Source of the DNA: Pseudomonadota bacterium
GTDB lineage: Bacteria; Bdellovibrionota; Bdellovibrionia; Bdellovibrionales; Bdellovibrionaceae
Length of the DNA stretch: 64,000 nucleotides
Reading direction: 5' to 3'
Assembly: GCA_041178425.1 (NCBI GenBank)
Contig: JBEGVH010000020.1
Location: 1 to 64,000 of the forward strand
Made by a program: the position numbers and the translations under genes
The notes under the pieces: model-generated
Database searches by the model: none
What the model saw: the letters and a program-made list of their open reading frames with translations, nothing else
Told to the model about the DNA's origin: nothing
Shown here: positions 39,592-48,892 of the stretch, piece by piece
Position numbering within the stretch: the stretch's first letter is position 1
Layout of the letters: the number at the start of each line of letters is the position of its first letter

Positions 39592-41580
39592 TTAAGGGTT
39601 TTTATCCGCGTAAAAAATTAAATTCATTGGACTTAGCTGATCCCTTAGATTTCCAGCACCCTGAACATCTTTACCGTCTTTGGCCTCTTTGGCTACGCTA
39701 AGGCATGCAGCATCGGTGCTATTCATCTGACCAGATTGTTTTAAATCTACAAGAAGGCGACTATCAGAGATTTTTTTGAAGGTTAAGATTGTACGTCTTG
39801 ATACTTCACAAAAAGTGCTGCTGCTAGCTCCAGTATTAACTGTAAACTTTTGCATCTCTTCGTCTTCAAGAGTGGCCATCTGGCCATCCGGAGTATACTT
39901 AAGGATGTTAGTCAGGAAGGCGTTCTTAGGCTTTCCACGCTGATCATCTCGTGCAAATTTATCCGGAGTTGTTGCTGACCAATCGAAATTGTATTCCCGC
40001 ATACAACCAGTCGCTTGGGCCTGGCTAACATTTTGCCAATAGGCTTCAGCAAAACAACGGTAACCAGCTAAAATTTTTGCATTATTCGAACCCGCTCCAC
40101 CGTCCTGGGAGAAGTCGCATTTACGACCGTTCGCAAGTATCGCCGCCGGTTCCGCTACCCACTGTCCGTTGTTGTGAGTATAGGGAGTGGCTAAGTTGGG
40201 CTCACCGCTACCATCACTAACAAATTGGCCGCCGATATTCTTACAAGTAACACTTATATCTGCTGTAGTGTTGTCACCGTCGTGATTAACATTCGCAAAA
40301 GCACAACTGTTAGACCAAAAACCTGCACCATATCTTGCTGAAGCGTCTTGCCCAGAACATGTACCCTGACCCAAGGCATTCCAATTTGTAACGTTAACTG
40401 GCTTACCAGTTGCTGTGTTAAAGCAACCGCCCCCTTGAATTCCGATATTCCAGGCGCTTGCGCCGCTAACAATTCCATTATTATCTTTTACAACGGCCTT
40501 ACATGCCCATGCATCATACTGAGAATTTACTTTCATAGGCCGGCAATCTTGTATTTCTCTGCTGGAAGTAGCATTTCTATACATCCAGTCTTTATTGAAA
40601 GGCGAAGTGCAAGCCGCACCTCCATCACCACAAAAACCTGTTGGCATAGAGTAACCATAGTGAGCTAAAGTAATTGCATGACCATCAACAGTTGGCCCCG
40701 CTGATATATTTATGCGAGCATGGTAACGGGCTTCATCACCTGTAAATCCAGATTTATAACCACACGCACCAACACCTTGAGCAGCATCTCCTCCCCATAT
40801 CGACAATGCATAGCGATCATTCCCATCGGTTCCCGCATTCGCAGCACAGGCAGTCTCACTTGTGCAACTACCACTTGGTGTAAAATCCTTGCCAGCAAAG
40901 CGCATTAAAGTAAGGGGCATACCTACGCAAGGGCCATCGTGACCTTGGCCACAAGCACCAGGTGTCATGTAACCAGTTGGAACTGTAGCATCAAATGCTT
41001 TCATGTACCAAACACCTGTAGGATCAAACGCAGTGCCAACAGCGACCGATTCATTAGAGCCTACGACAGTTTGAACTTGGGAAACAGGAATCTTTACTTT
41101 CCCGTCAGTTCCTAAACTAATGCTCCCTAACTGAACGCTGTCATTCAAAACGATTGAAGACGACTCACTCGAGTTTCCATTTAGATCTTTTTTATCTGAG
41201 TCTACAAATACGACAGTTCCAACTTGGCTCTGATCAGTTTTATCTCTAAAAATCGCAGTTACCGTTGAACCTTTGGCGCCAGGCAGTGTGACACTGAAGC
41301 TACCATCCGGATTTAGATTAGCAGAAGCAATTGCTGGGGGAACAGTAAAGGCAATGGCATATATTTCCAAATCATTCGCGCTAGTAGCTGCAAATGAATC
41401 CACGTCTCCCAGATTACCAATTTTTAGTGGAACACCCATTGTCGACTGGGCAACGCTTAACGTCCCCGAGATTGTCATATCTGACGAAGCACCGCCAGAA
41501 CTAGAACTATTCTTCGAGCAACCCACCACCAGCGAAACGGCGGCAATCGTCGCGACAAGAACCTTTAAATAAATTTTCAT
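39592..41580 (-). CDS. Large Cys/Gly-rich surface lipoprotein of unknown function
   Basis: AAGGAGG RBS, lipobox VVGC, Ser linker, beta-rich N-domain, many Cys. Confidence 0.8.
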   Translation of the reverse strand: MKIYLKVLVATIAAVSLVVGCSKNSSSSGGASSDMTISGTLSVAQSTMGVPLKIGNLGDVDSFAATSANDLEIYAIAFTVPPAIASANLNPDGSFSVTLPGAKGSTVTAIFRDKTDQSQVGTVVFVDSDKKDLNGNSSESSSIVLNDSVQLGSISLGTDGKVKIPVSQVQTVVGSNESVAVGTAFDPTGVWYMKAFDATVPTGYMTPGACGQGHDGPCVGMPLTLMRFAGKDFTPSGSCTSETACAANAGTDGNDRYALSIWGGDAAQGVGACGYKSGFTGDEARYHARINISAGPTVDGHAITLAHYGYSMPTGFCGDGGAACTSPFNKDWMYRNATSSREIQDCRPMKVNSQYDAWACKAVVKDNNGIVSGASAWNIGIQGGGCFNTATGKPVNVTNWNALGQGTCSGQDASARYGAGFWSNSCAFANVNHDGDNTTADISVTCKNIGGQFVSDGSGEPNLATPYTHNNGQWVAEPAAILANGRKCDFSQDGGAGSNNAKILAGYRCFAEAYWQNVSQAQATGCMREYNFDWSATTPDKFARDDQRGKPKNAFLTNILKYTPDGQMATLEDEEMQKFTVNTGASSSTFCEVSRRTILTFKKISDSRLLVDLKQSGQMNSTDAACLSVAKEAKDGKDVQGAGNLRDQLSPMNLIFYADKNP

Positions 41581-41666
41581 CGTTAATCCTCCTTGAGTGA
41601 ATTTAGTTTTTCCTTAAACTAATTATTTTTTGTTTAACTTTTAGTCGGTTTTTAAAACCAAGGTAT

Positions 41667-41694
41667 AGTTCGGATTTTTCTCTCCAAAACTTGA
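41667..41694 (-). promoter_or_regulatory. Sigma28/FliA-type promoter of the lipoprotein
   Basis: TCAAG-N15-TCCGAACT on the minus strand. Confidence 0.5.
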
Positions 41695-42001
41695 GTGTCT
41701 GAATAAAACTTTTTTGCACCGTTGCAAAACGTCCCTTTTCAAACACTTAAGTCAAAACCATCCGTGGTCTTCGAGTCTTATCGAACTAAAAAGAGGCACC
41801 AGCTTCCATTGCGAATTTTTCTGCATCCCTTTTCAGTACAAATTATAAAAACTCTTAGATCCCCTTAATTGTGTATCAAAAAGATTTATGGGGGTAATAA
41901 ATATAGGTTAAGATTTCTCCTTGGTCGCGGCCGGAAAAGGTCTAAGCATAACCAAGGTCGAGCCTTTTCGATGGGCAAAAAAAATCGAAGTCACAAAGCG
42001 C

Positions 42002-42805
42002 TCAGCTACTCACAGACGTGTACTTGCGGAGCAAAGTGTGCCAAAAGATCGAAGCCATGGTGAAAAACAGCACAGAGATCGAGAGTGCGATCAACACCCA
42101 GTAATCTGGGCGAATCCCCAACACCACATGGGCTGGCACGCTGGCAATAAAACCGAGTGGCAACAAGAACAACAACACATAGCGAAGCCACGGCGGATAA
42201 ACAAAATCAGGTCGCAATGACATTCTAAAAAGTGAGTACCAAATCTGTGCAAGATTCTCTGCTCGTCCGAGCACAATTGCTGAAGTTGCTACCATAAAGC
42301 GCAATGAGTACATCACCACGTTCGAACAAAGAATCATGATGAGTATTTTAAAAATAACCCCAATACTCACCGCCCCCATCTCGAGGTGAAGACTATGCAG
42401 AAGCCACGCAAAACAAAAAATAAAATTGAGCAAATAAGAAGGATGCAGACGAAAGAAACTCATCATAAATTGTGAGTTCACCGGCTTGGCCAGTACGAGA
42501 TCGAGCTCTCCTTTGCGAATGCGCTCGGAGAGTTGCTCGAGATTTTCATGGTAGAACATCATATTAATTGTATCGGCGAGAAACAAACAGCCCAAAAAGA
42601 CTCGAATTTTACCGAGCCCCCAGCCCGAGATCTGCGAGGTATGCAGATACAGCACTTCAAAAACGGATACCTGAACAAAGTACCAAATAAAATCATTAAA
42701 AATTTTCATCGCAATATTAGCCCGAAACTCCAGCTCGGCAATAAAGCTCGTCTTAATGAGGGTTTTTAAAATGCGCCAGTATTGAGGCCTGTTGTTCGCT
42801 TGCAC
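42002..42805 (-). CDS. ABC-2 family exporter permease (DUF990-like)
   Basis: ELEFRAN, IRKGELDLVLAKPVNSQF, LRKYTSVSS; multiple TMs. Confidence 0.85.
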   Translation of the reverse strand: MQANNRPQYWRILKTLIKTSFIAELEFRANIAMKIFNDFIWYFVQVSVFEVLYLHTSQISGWGLGKIRVFLGCLFLADTINMMFYHENLEQLSERIRKGELDLVLAKPVNSQFMMSFFRLHPSYLLNFIFCFAWLLHSLHLEMGAVSIGVIFKILIMILCSNVVMYSLRFMVATSAIVLGRAENLAQIWYSLFRMSLRPDFVYPPWLRYVLLFLLPLGFIASVPAHVVLGIRPDYWVLIALSISVLFFTMASIFWHTLLRKYTSVSS

Positions 42806-43624
42806 TTAGGCCCCCGTTCCGGTGTATTCGCGAAGACCTCTACGCCATAGAATCATCGCCAGCCCCCCCACAATACAGCTCCAAAGAAGGGTCACAGTAA
42901 AGCCTCGCGCCATTTCTTCCCAACCTAAACGATGAGTCAAAAAACCTACCGGCAGGTAACAAGCCGAGGCAAAAGGCAGATACATCGAAAGAGTCTTAAG
43001 ACTGGTCGGCAATAAATCGAGAGGGAACAATTCCCCCGACGCCAGCCAAATAAAAAAGTTCTTGGTCACAGTAAAAGAGCTCACCTTTGTGAGTCGAAAG
43101 GCAAAACTCACCACACAAAAGGTAAGATTGTAGGTAAAAACGAGATAAACAAAAACTAACAGCACAGACACAGGCAATCGCGCGAGATCCGTAGTTCCGC
43201 CCATAACCATAGAAATGACGGCCGGTAACCAAAGCGAAAAAACCGCCGTGAAAAACTTGTAACCTAAAAACTGACCTAAATAAAATTCATAGAAACTCAC
43301 GGGCCGAGCAAGGATGGCATTGATACTCCCCGACTCCACCTCTTGCATCATACGAAACTCGTACATCCAATTGGCGGAGATCCGCGAGAAAAATAAGGCC
43401 CAAGTAGCATAGGAGAGGTAATACTCGCGCGTATAGCCCCCTAGAGTGGCAACCCCCATGGCCTGAAACATCGTCCACCACATAGCAAGTTCGACCACCG
43501 TTGAGATCAGGGGGTTCAAACACCAATCTGCAAAGGCATTAAAGCGATACTCTAATTGAGTTCGCAGCGCCAAATCAGCGTAGGCTCGCATCCTTTTCCA
43601 AAAATCGACGAATGACTTCTTCAA
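42806..43624 (-). CDS. ABC-2 family exporter permease (DUF990-like)
   Basis: LEYRFN, SGSINAILARPVS, SGELFPLDLLP, WRRGLREYTGTGA. Confidence 0.85.
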   Translation of the reverse strand: MKKSFVDFWKRMRAYADLALRTQLEYRFNAFADWCLNPLISTVVELAMWWTMFQAMGVATLGGYTREYYLSYATWALFFSRISANWMYEFRMMQEVESGSINAILARPVSFYEFYLGQFLGYKFFTAVFSLWLPAVISMVMGGTTDLARLPVSVLLVFVYLVFTYNLTFCVVSFAFRLTKVSSFTVTKNFFIWLASGELFPLDLLPTSLKTLSMYLPFASACYLPVGFLTHRLGWEEMARGFTVTLLWSCIVGGLAMILWRRGLREYTGTGA

Positions 43625-44564
43625 AATCAGTTTCCTCTACTCTAATTTGATCGATAGTTCCTACTTGCATTAGCTCGCTTAAAAATTCCGACATTTTACT
43701 AGGCATGAGTTCTGTTTGTACGACCTCTTGCCCGGCACTCACCGTCACCCCAGAGTTCAGCTGTCGACCCGCGCGAAGCGGTTGACTAAAGGTGCAAGTC
43801 ACTTTCTGAATTTGTGAACTCGCGCTCATAAACTCATTCACCGTACCGTCGTATTTGATTTCTCCTTGCTTCATAAGAAGCAAGCGATTGGCCAACTTGG
43901 CAATATCATCCATGTAGTGACTCGTGAGAATAATCGTTGGCTTTTCTTCTTTTACATAATTGTCGAGAAAGTGACGAATCGTATTCTGAGCCACCACATC
44001 GAGCCCAATGGTTGGCTCATCCAAAAATAACACTTTAGGCTGATGCAAAAGGGCACCGATGATTTCCATTTTCATGCGCTCACCAAGCGAAAGCCGACGC
44101 AACTGAATCGAAAGCTGCCCCACACAATCGAGCATCTCTGCCAAGGCATAGACTCGTTTAACGGCCGCTTGAGGATCCAAACCATAAATCGAAGCCAATA
44201 AACTAAAACTATCTAAAGGCGGAATATCCCACCACAGCTGATTTTTCTGACCGAGAAGTATACTTATTTGCCGCAAAAACTCTGGCGCGCGCTCACTCGG
44301 GTTGTATCCCAAAACTTTTACGGAACCAGCCGTTGGGTGAATTAACCCCGAAAGAAGTTTCAACAGGGTTGTCTTACCGGCTCCATTCGAACCGACTAAT
44401 CCAACAATAATCCCTTCGTCGACCGTTAAATCGAGAGGTCGCAGCGCCTGTTTTTCAATATATTGGCGTTTAAAGAGGCCTCTAAAAGAGTTAATAAGGC
44501 CATCTTCTTTTTTGTAGGTAATAAAGTTTCTTTCGAGCTTTCGACAATCAATCACTGTTGGCAT
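43575..44564 (-). CDS. ABC exporter ATP-binding protein
   Basis: GSNGAGKTT, LSLGERMK, LFLDEPT, TSH. ATG 44564 follows GGAGT. Confidence 0.92.
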   Translation of the reverse strand: MPTVIDCRKLERNFITYKKEDGLINSFRGLFKRQYIEKQALRPLDLTVDEGIIVGLVGSNGAGKTTLLKLLSGLIHPTAGSVKVLGYNPSERAPEFLRQISILLGQKNQLWWDIPPLDSFSLLASIYGLDPQAAVKRVYALAEMLDCVGQLSIQLRRLSLGERMKMEIIGALLHQPKVLFLDEPTIGLDVVAQNTIRHFLDNYVKEEKPTIILTSHYMDDIAKLANRLLLMKQGEIKYDGTVNEFMSASSQIQKVTCTFSQPLRAGRQLNSGVTVSAGQEVVQTELMPSKMSEFLSELMQVGTIDQIRVEETDFEEVIRRFLEKDASLR

Positions 44565-44659
44565 CGGCAATAGAACTCCCAAAGGTTCCCCCTACTCCAA
44601 CAAAGTGCTCATCGAGGGTCAATAAAGATTTGATGGGACGAAACCGTTAAAGGAAGGGG

Positions 44660-44734
44660 AAAATTGTAGATAGGCCTTCGTAAAATTGTAGCTGTATCTA
44701 CAAAAATTTGTAGCTGAATCTACAAAAAATCTAC
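44660..44734. repeat. 22-bp-period tandem array of TTGTAG-N6-CTACAA palindromes
   Basis: TTGTAG at 44664, 44686 and 44708; full palindromes at 44686-44703 and 44708-44725; extra ATCTAC at 44729. Confidence 0.75.
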
Positions 44735-44771
44735 CTCAGGCTGTATTAACGCCCCAAAACGAGCTGAAAGC

Positions 44772-46079
44772 CTAACCTTCGCCGCGGTCGATATAAACTT
44801 CTTTATTATCGTCATTATAACCGAAAAGCTCCCCATAACGACCCCATTGTATCAGGGTATCAAAGACATCCTCTGGGTTCTCATTGGGCAACCATTCGTG
44901 AATCGTTTGAATGGCCTCTTCGCGACCCATCGCTCCCCCCTCACTATTTGAGAGTCGCTGGTAGAACTGCTGAGTGAGCTTTAACTGCATAAGCCCCTCG
45001 TGAATCATACGTTTACGTTGATTCACGTCGGCTTTAACAAAGGCCCTTCCCAAATCGGTTAGAACGATTTGGTTTTTGGGAGTATCAACGAAGTCGAGTA
45101 ATTCGGCAGCTTTTGCCATTAAAAGAATGTTCAATGAGTCTTTGGTTAACTTGTGAGCCAGAGTGAAGGCATCAGCACGACCGCCGTCTTCCATAACCAC
45201 TTCAAGAAATCCCACCACTTCGGTCATGTTTACATTCGGCGGAGCTTCAAAACCGGTTCCCTGCAGAGCTGGTGGAACCCATTCTGGTGCATCGGGAATG
45301 ATTGACTCAGTGAGTACGTCGCGAATGATTTCAACCAAAGACTTCACCGATGCGGTTTTTTCATCGCGAGGATAAGGGAGTTCGTTACGAATCGTGTAAC
45401 GAATCTGCCCCGGGTTAGAACCCATAACTAAAATTCGGCTACCCATAGAAACCGCCTCGGCAATATTATGGGTGATGAGCACAATCGATTTAATCGCTGT
45501 TTTACGAGTGAGCCATAAATTGAGAATTTCCTTGCGAAGAGTTTCGGCCGTTAAAACATCGAGCGCACTGAAGGGCTCATCGAGACATAAAATCGGTCGC
45601 TCCATAACCAACGCCCGAGCAAATCCTACTCTCTGCTTCATTCCACCCGAAAGCTCTTTAGGATAGGCTTCTTCAAAGCCCTCAAGACCAACAAGGTCGA
45701 TAGCTTTTTTTACCCTTTGCTCAACTTCGTCTTGAGCAAGACCCAAAGGTTTTAATCCCAGCGCGACGTTATCGGCCACATTCAACCAAGGCAAAAGAGC
45801 AAAGCTTTGAAAAACTAATGAAACATCGTCGTTCACTTCTTCAATGGGTTCGTTATGAGAATAAACTTTTCCGTGTGTCGGATTAAGAAGGCCAGCCATT
45901 AAACGCAGGCAGGTTGATTTACCAGAACCCGAGGGACCAAGAAGTACCAAAACCTCATTTTCGAAGAGCGACAAGTTAACGTTATCGAGAACCTTCAAAT
46001 TACGACCAGACTCCAAACGAAAACTTTGGTAGACGTTTCTTAACTCAATCATGGGTACTAAAGGATTCGACATAAGCAT
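44772..46079 (-). CDS. NitT/TauT-family ABC ATPase with C-terminal AAA-associated domain
   Basis: GPSGSGKS, LSGGMKQR, LDEPFSALD; extended C-terminus ending WGRYGELFGY. Confidence 0.9.
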   Translation of the reverse strand: MLMSNPLVPMIELRNVYQSFRLESGRNLKVLDNVNLSLFENEVLVLLGPSGSGKSTCLRLMAGLLNPTHGKVYSHNEPIEEVNDDVSLVFQSFALLPWLNVADNVALGLKPLGLAQDEVEQRVKKAIDLVGLEGFEEAYPKELSGGMKQRVGFARALVMERPILCLDEPFSALDVLTAETLRKEILNLWLTRKTAIKSIVLITHNIAEAVSMGSRILVMGSNPGQIRYTIRNELPYPRDEKTASVKSLVEIIRDVLTESIIPDAPEWVPPALQGTGFEAPPNVNMTEVVGFLEVVMEDGGRADAFTLAHKLTKDSLNILLMAKAAELLDFVDTPKNQIVLTDLGRAFVKADVNQRKRMIHEGLMQLKLTQQFYQRLSNSEGGAMGREEAIQTIHEWLPNENPEDVFDTLIQWGRYGELFGYNDDNKEVYIDRGEG

Positions 46080-46084
46080 TACCC

Positions 46085-47839
46085 TTACCTTTCAAATCTA
46101 AAACGACGATCAACCCAGTCGTAAACACGATGCCAAACCAAACGATTGACTCCCACAACTACGATCACCATTGCCAGCAATGAACCCGCAAGAAGAGAAT
46201 AATTTCCCCGAGCGGTGGCTTCACTGATTAGGGCGCCAAGCCCCATAGTGCTCTGAACTTCATTTTTGTAGTGAAGATACTCGGCAACAATACTCGCGTT
46301 CCAAGCGCCACCCGCCGCCGTTACTAGCCCGGTTACTAGGTTTGGTAAAATCGAGGGAATATAAAGATTCTTCCAGGTGTCTGTTTTTGAGAGCCCTACT
46401 AGTAAAAAAGTTTCTCGCAATTCTCTAGAGATCATTGTGGCACCCGCGAGCACGTTAAACAAAACGTACCACTGAACTCCCAACAACATTAAAACACCGC
46501 TGCCAACACCGAGGCCAATCCCTAAAAAGTGCAAGGCCATTAAAACGAGCGGATAAAGCATCGGAGCCGGGAACGACGCCCCCAACTGAATGATTGGCTG
46601 AAAAAACCGAGTTCGCGCCGGTGATAAACCCACCCATAAACCAAAAGGAACAGTCCAAAGCGTAGAAACAATCAAACAGGCAATAACCCTTAGTAAGGTC
46701 AATAAGGTTGATTTAGTAATCAGAATGGCTTCAGACGCCGAAATACCTTCGAGAAAATTAAAAATTTTGCTCGAACCCCACAAAACCAGAACTAAGGCCG
46801 TTAAGCTAAAAAGTCGTCCAAAAACCTGAAAATGATCAAGCCACTCGATACTCTGCACTTTTTCTCGAATGGGTTGATACATCCGAAAGGTAAGGCTTTG
46901 CTTTCTCTTTTTTCGCGGCCCATGAAAGGTGGGAGCCCAAATAATTCGAAAGAGTTGTTCAACCCAGCGAACAATATTGGATTCTTGCAACAAGAGCTGC
47001 ATAAACGGAATCTCTTGGTAGTCTTCGGGTGCTTCATCTAAACGAAATCGTCGGGTCCAAGCGATGATCGGACGCCAAACCACAAAGTCCATTCCCAAAA
47101 TCAAAACTATAACTGCAACAAAACCACCAAACATTGCCTGAATATTTCCTTGCTCGATAGCAACGGCCATATAAGAACCTAACCCGGGCAGGCGATACTG
47201 TTTACCCCCAAGGGTAAAGGCCTCACAGATGGTAAGAAAAAACCATCCCCCTGCCATCGACATCAAGCTGTTCCAGGCGAGCCCACTGGCCGAGAAGGGA
47301 AGCTCGACGAGGATAAACTTTTGCCACCAAGAGAGACTCACGTTATCACTCATTTCGTGAAAGCTTTTAGGAACGCCCTTCATAGAAGAGTAAAAACTAA
47401 ACGTTAAATTCCAAACCTGACCCGTAAAGATCATTAGGATGCACGCCAGTTCCAGGCCCAAATTGTGTTCCGTGAAGAGACTCATTAAACCAAGAACTAA
47501 TCCTGGCAAAAAACCAATAACTGGAATTGACTGACCGATATCAATAAACGGTAAGATGATTTGTTCTGCCCTTTTGTGTCGAGCGGCCAAATAGCCAAAA
47601 ACAAGACTGAAGAGTAATGAAAGCAAATACGCCAAGCTCGCACGAAAAAGCGAGTAGATTCCATAAAGAGGTAAGGCTGAAAAACTAAGATCGATGGTAA
47701 ATTCAGGCTGCAACTCACCCGACCACCTCTGAGCGGTTACAACCGAACCATAAATTAAAAATGTAAGAAGACCGACGACGATCAAATCGACGAAGTGGAA
47801 GTTTCTGAAATTTGGTCGTTTGACTGATGTTGAAATCAC
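46085..47839 (-). CDS. NitT/TauT-family ABC permease (two fused TM domains)
   Basis: Duplicated permease modules (QSIPVIGFLP, MAGGWFFL / SFPAPMLYP, AGGAWNASIVAE). Confidence 0.88.
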   Translation of the reverse strand: MISTSVKRPNFRNFHFVDLIVVGLLTFLIYGSVVTAQRWSGELQPEFTIDLSFSALPLYGIYSLFRASLAYLLSLLFSLVFGYLAARHKRAEQIILPFIDIGQSIPVIGFLPGLVLGLMSLFTEHNLGLELACILMIFTGQVWNLTFSFYSSMKGVPKSFHEMSDNVSLSWWQKFILVELPFSASGLAWNSLMSMAGGWFFLTICEAFTLGGKQYRLPGLGSYMAVAIEQGNIQAMFGGFVAVIVLILGMDFVVWRPIIAWTRRFRLDEAPEDYQEIPFMQLLLQESNIVRWVEQLFRIIWAPTFHGPRKKRKQSLTFRMYQPIREKVQSIEWLDHFQVFGRLFSLTALVLVLWGSSKIFNFLEGISASEAILITKSTLLTLLRVIACLIVSTLWTVPFGLWVGLSPARTRFFQPIIQLGASFPAPMLYPLVLMALHFLGIGLGVGSGVLMLLGVQWYVLFNVLAGATMISRELRETFLLVGLSKTDTWKNLYIPSILPNLVTGLVTAAGGAWNASIVAEYLHYKNEVQSTMGLGALISEATARGNYSLLAGSLLAMVIVVVGVNRLVWHRVYDWVDRRFRFER

Positions 47840-47902
47840 TTTTGCAAACTATCAAAATTTATCGATACTGTACACCGCAAAGCAATGTTTTTGGGAGACA
47901 AT

Positions 47903-48547
47903 TTAGGCGATCTGCTTGAAGATCTTATCATTAGTTTCTGGGTCAGCCTCAGGGCGCCCCCATAAAGGCTGGGCCTGCAGAAAGATTTTTACTAGTTGCT
48001 CATCAAACTGAGTACCAGCAAATTTCTGAAGCTCTGCATAGACAGCTTCCACAGGAAGCCCTTGGCGATAGCTTCGATTTTGAGTCATGGCATCGTAGGT
48101 GTCGACAATCAAGATAACTCGCGAAACAAGAGGAATTTGATCTCCAGACAAACCATCTGGATACCCTCGTCCATCGAGCCGCTCATGGTGCCCACGAATA
48201 GGATCTAGCAGGTCTTTAAAAAAAGGATTATCTGCAACCGCATGAACAATTTGCTCGCTCATTTCGGGGTGTTTTTTCATCATCGCAATTTCTTCGAGAT
48301 CCAGTTTAGCGGGCTTATGAATCACGCTCTGTGGAACACCAATTTTACCAACATCATGAAAGAGACCCGAAAACTCAGCCACCTTTTGCAGGTAAGGATC
48401 AAGACCTGCGTCTCGCGCCAGCAGGCGGGAGTACTCGCCCACTCGACAGCAATGGTAAAACGTCAACGGGTCAACAACTCGCAAGGATTGCATCAATGCT
48501 TTCGCAATATCATAGGTTGACGACGGTACGTTGCTATTCCCCGACAA
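47903..48547 (-). CDS. Stand-alone HD-GYP domain cyclic-dinucleotide phosphodiesterase
   Basis: HDVGKI, HHERLDGRGYPDGL, DTYDAMT..RSYR, GTQFD. TTG start after GGAG. Confidence 0.9.
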   Translation of the reverse strand: MSGNSNVPSSTYDIAKALMQSLRVVDPLTFYHCCRVGEYSRLLARDAGLDPYLQKVAEFSGLFHDVGKIGVPQSVIHKPAKLDLEEIAMMKKHPEMSEQIVHAVADNPFFKDLLDPIRGHHERLDGRGYPDGLSGDQIPLVSRVILIVDTYDAMTQNRSYRQGLPVEAVYAELQKFAGTQFDEQLVKIFLQAQPLWGRPEADPETNDKIFKQIA

Positions 48548-48574
48548 AAATGGCTCCCTTTTGTTCTACCCTAC

Positions 48575-48601
48575 TCTTCGGTCGATTAGCCGAATCCTTT
48601 A
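48575..48601 (-). promoter_or_regulatory. Sigma28/FliA-type promoter of the HD-GYP gene
   Basis: TAAA-N15-ACCGAAGA on the minus strand. Confidence 0.55.
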
Positions 48602-48892
48602 TGAAATATTAACCGACCTTGCTAAAAGTCGGTAATTTCATTAGGAATGCATCTCATCTTGAGGCTCAAAAAACATAAAATCTAGGTTCGAAACAAGGCC
48701 TCCACCTCCTATTGCCTAAATCTGAGACTAACCTTTGGGGTTTCCTTTATTTTGGGCCTTCCTTTATTTGCGCCGTAATTAATGCAGTTTCAACTTGGCC
48801 ATGAACCCCAATCTATTGTAGAGATTGAGGCATTGTATCTAACGTGGTGGTTCAGCGAACCCAAACGTTTTTGAGAGGAAGGTTTAGTATTT

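Noticed and set aside
41869..42276. Several small ORFs overlapping the ABC-2 permease 3' end, and similar shadow ORFs elsewhere in the window
   Set aside because: They are antisense or out-of-frame shadows of well-supported genes, with no RBS or recognisable motifs.
44660..44734. Mini CRISPR array (TTGTAGAT/ATCTAC resembles Cas12a repeat ends)
   Set aside because: The units are contiguous at a 22-bp period, with no unique spacers and no cas genes.
48680..48700. tRNA-like GGTTCGA motif
   Set aside because: No cloverleaf, acceptor stem or CCA context.
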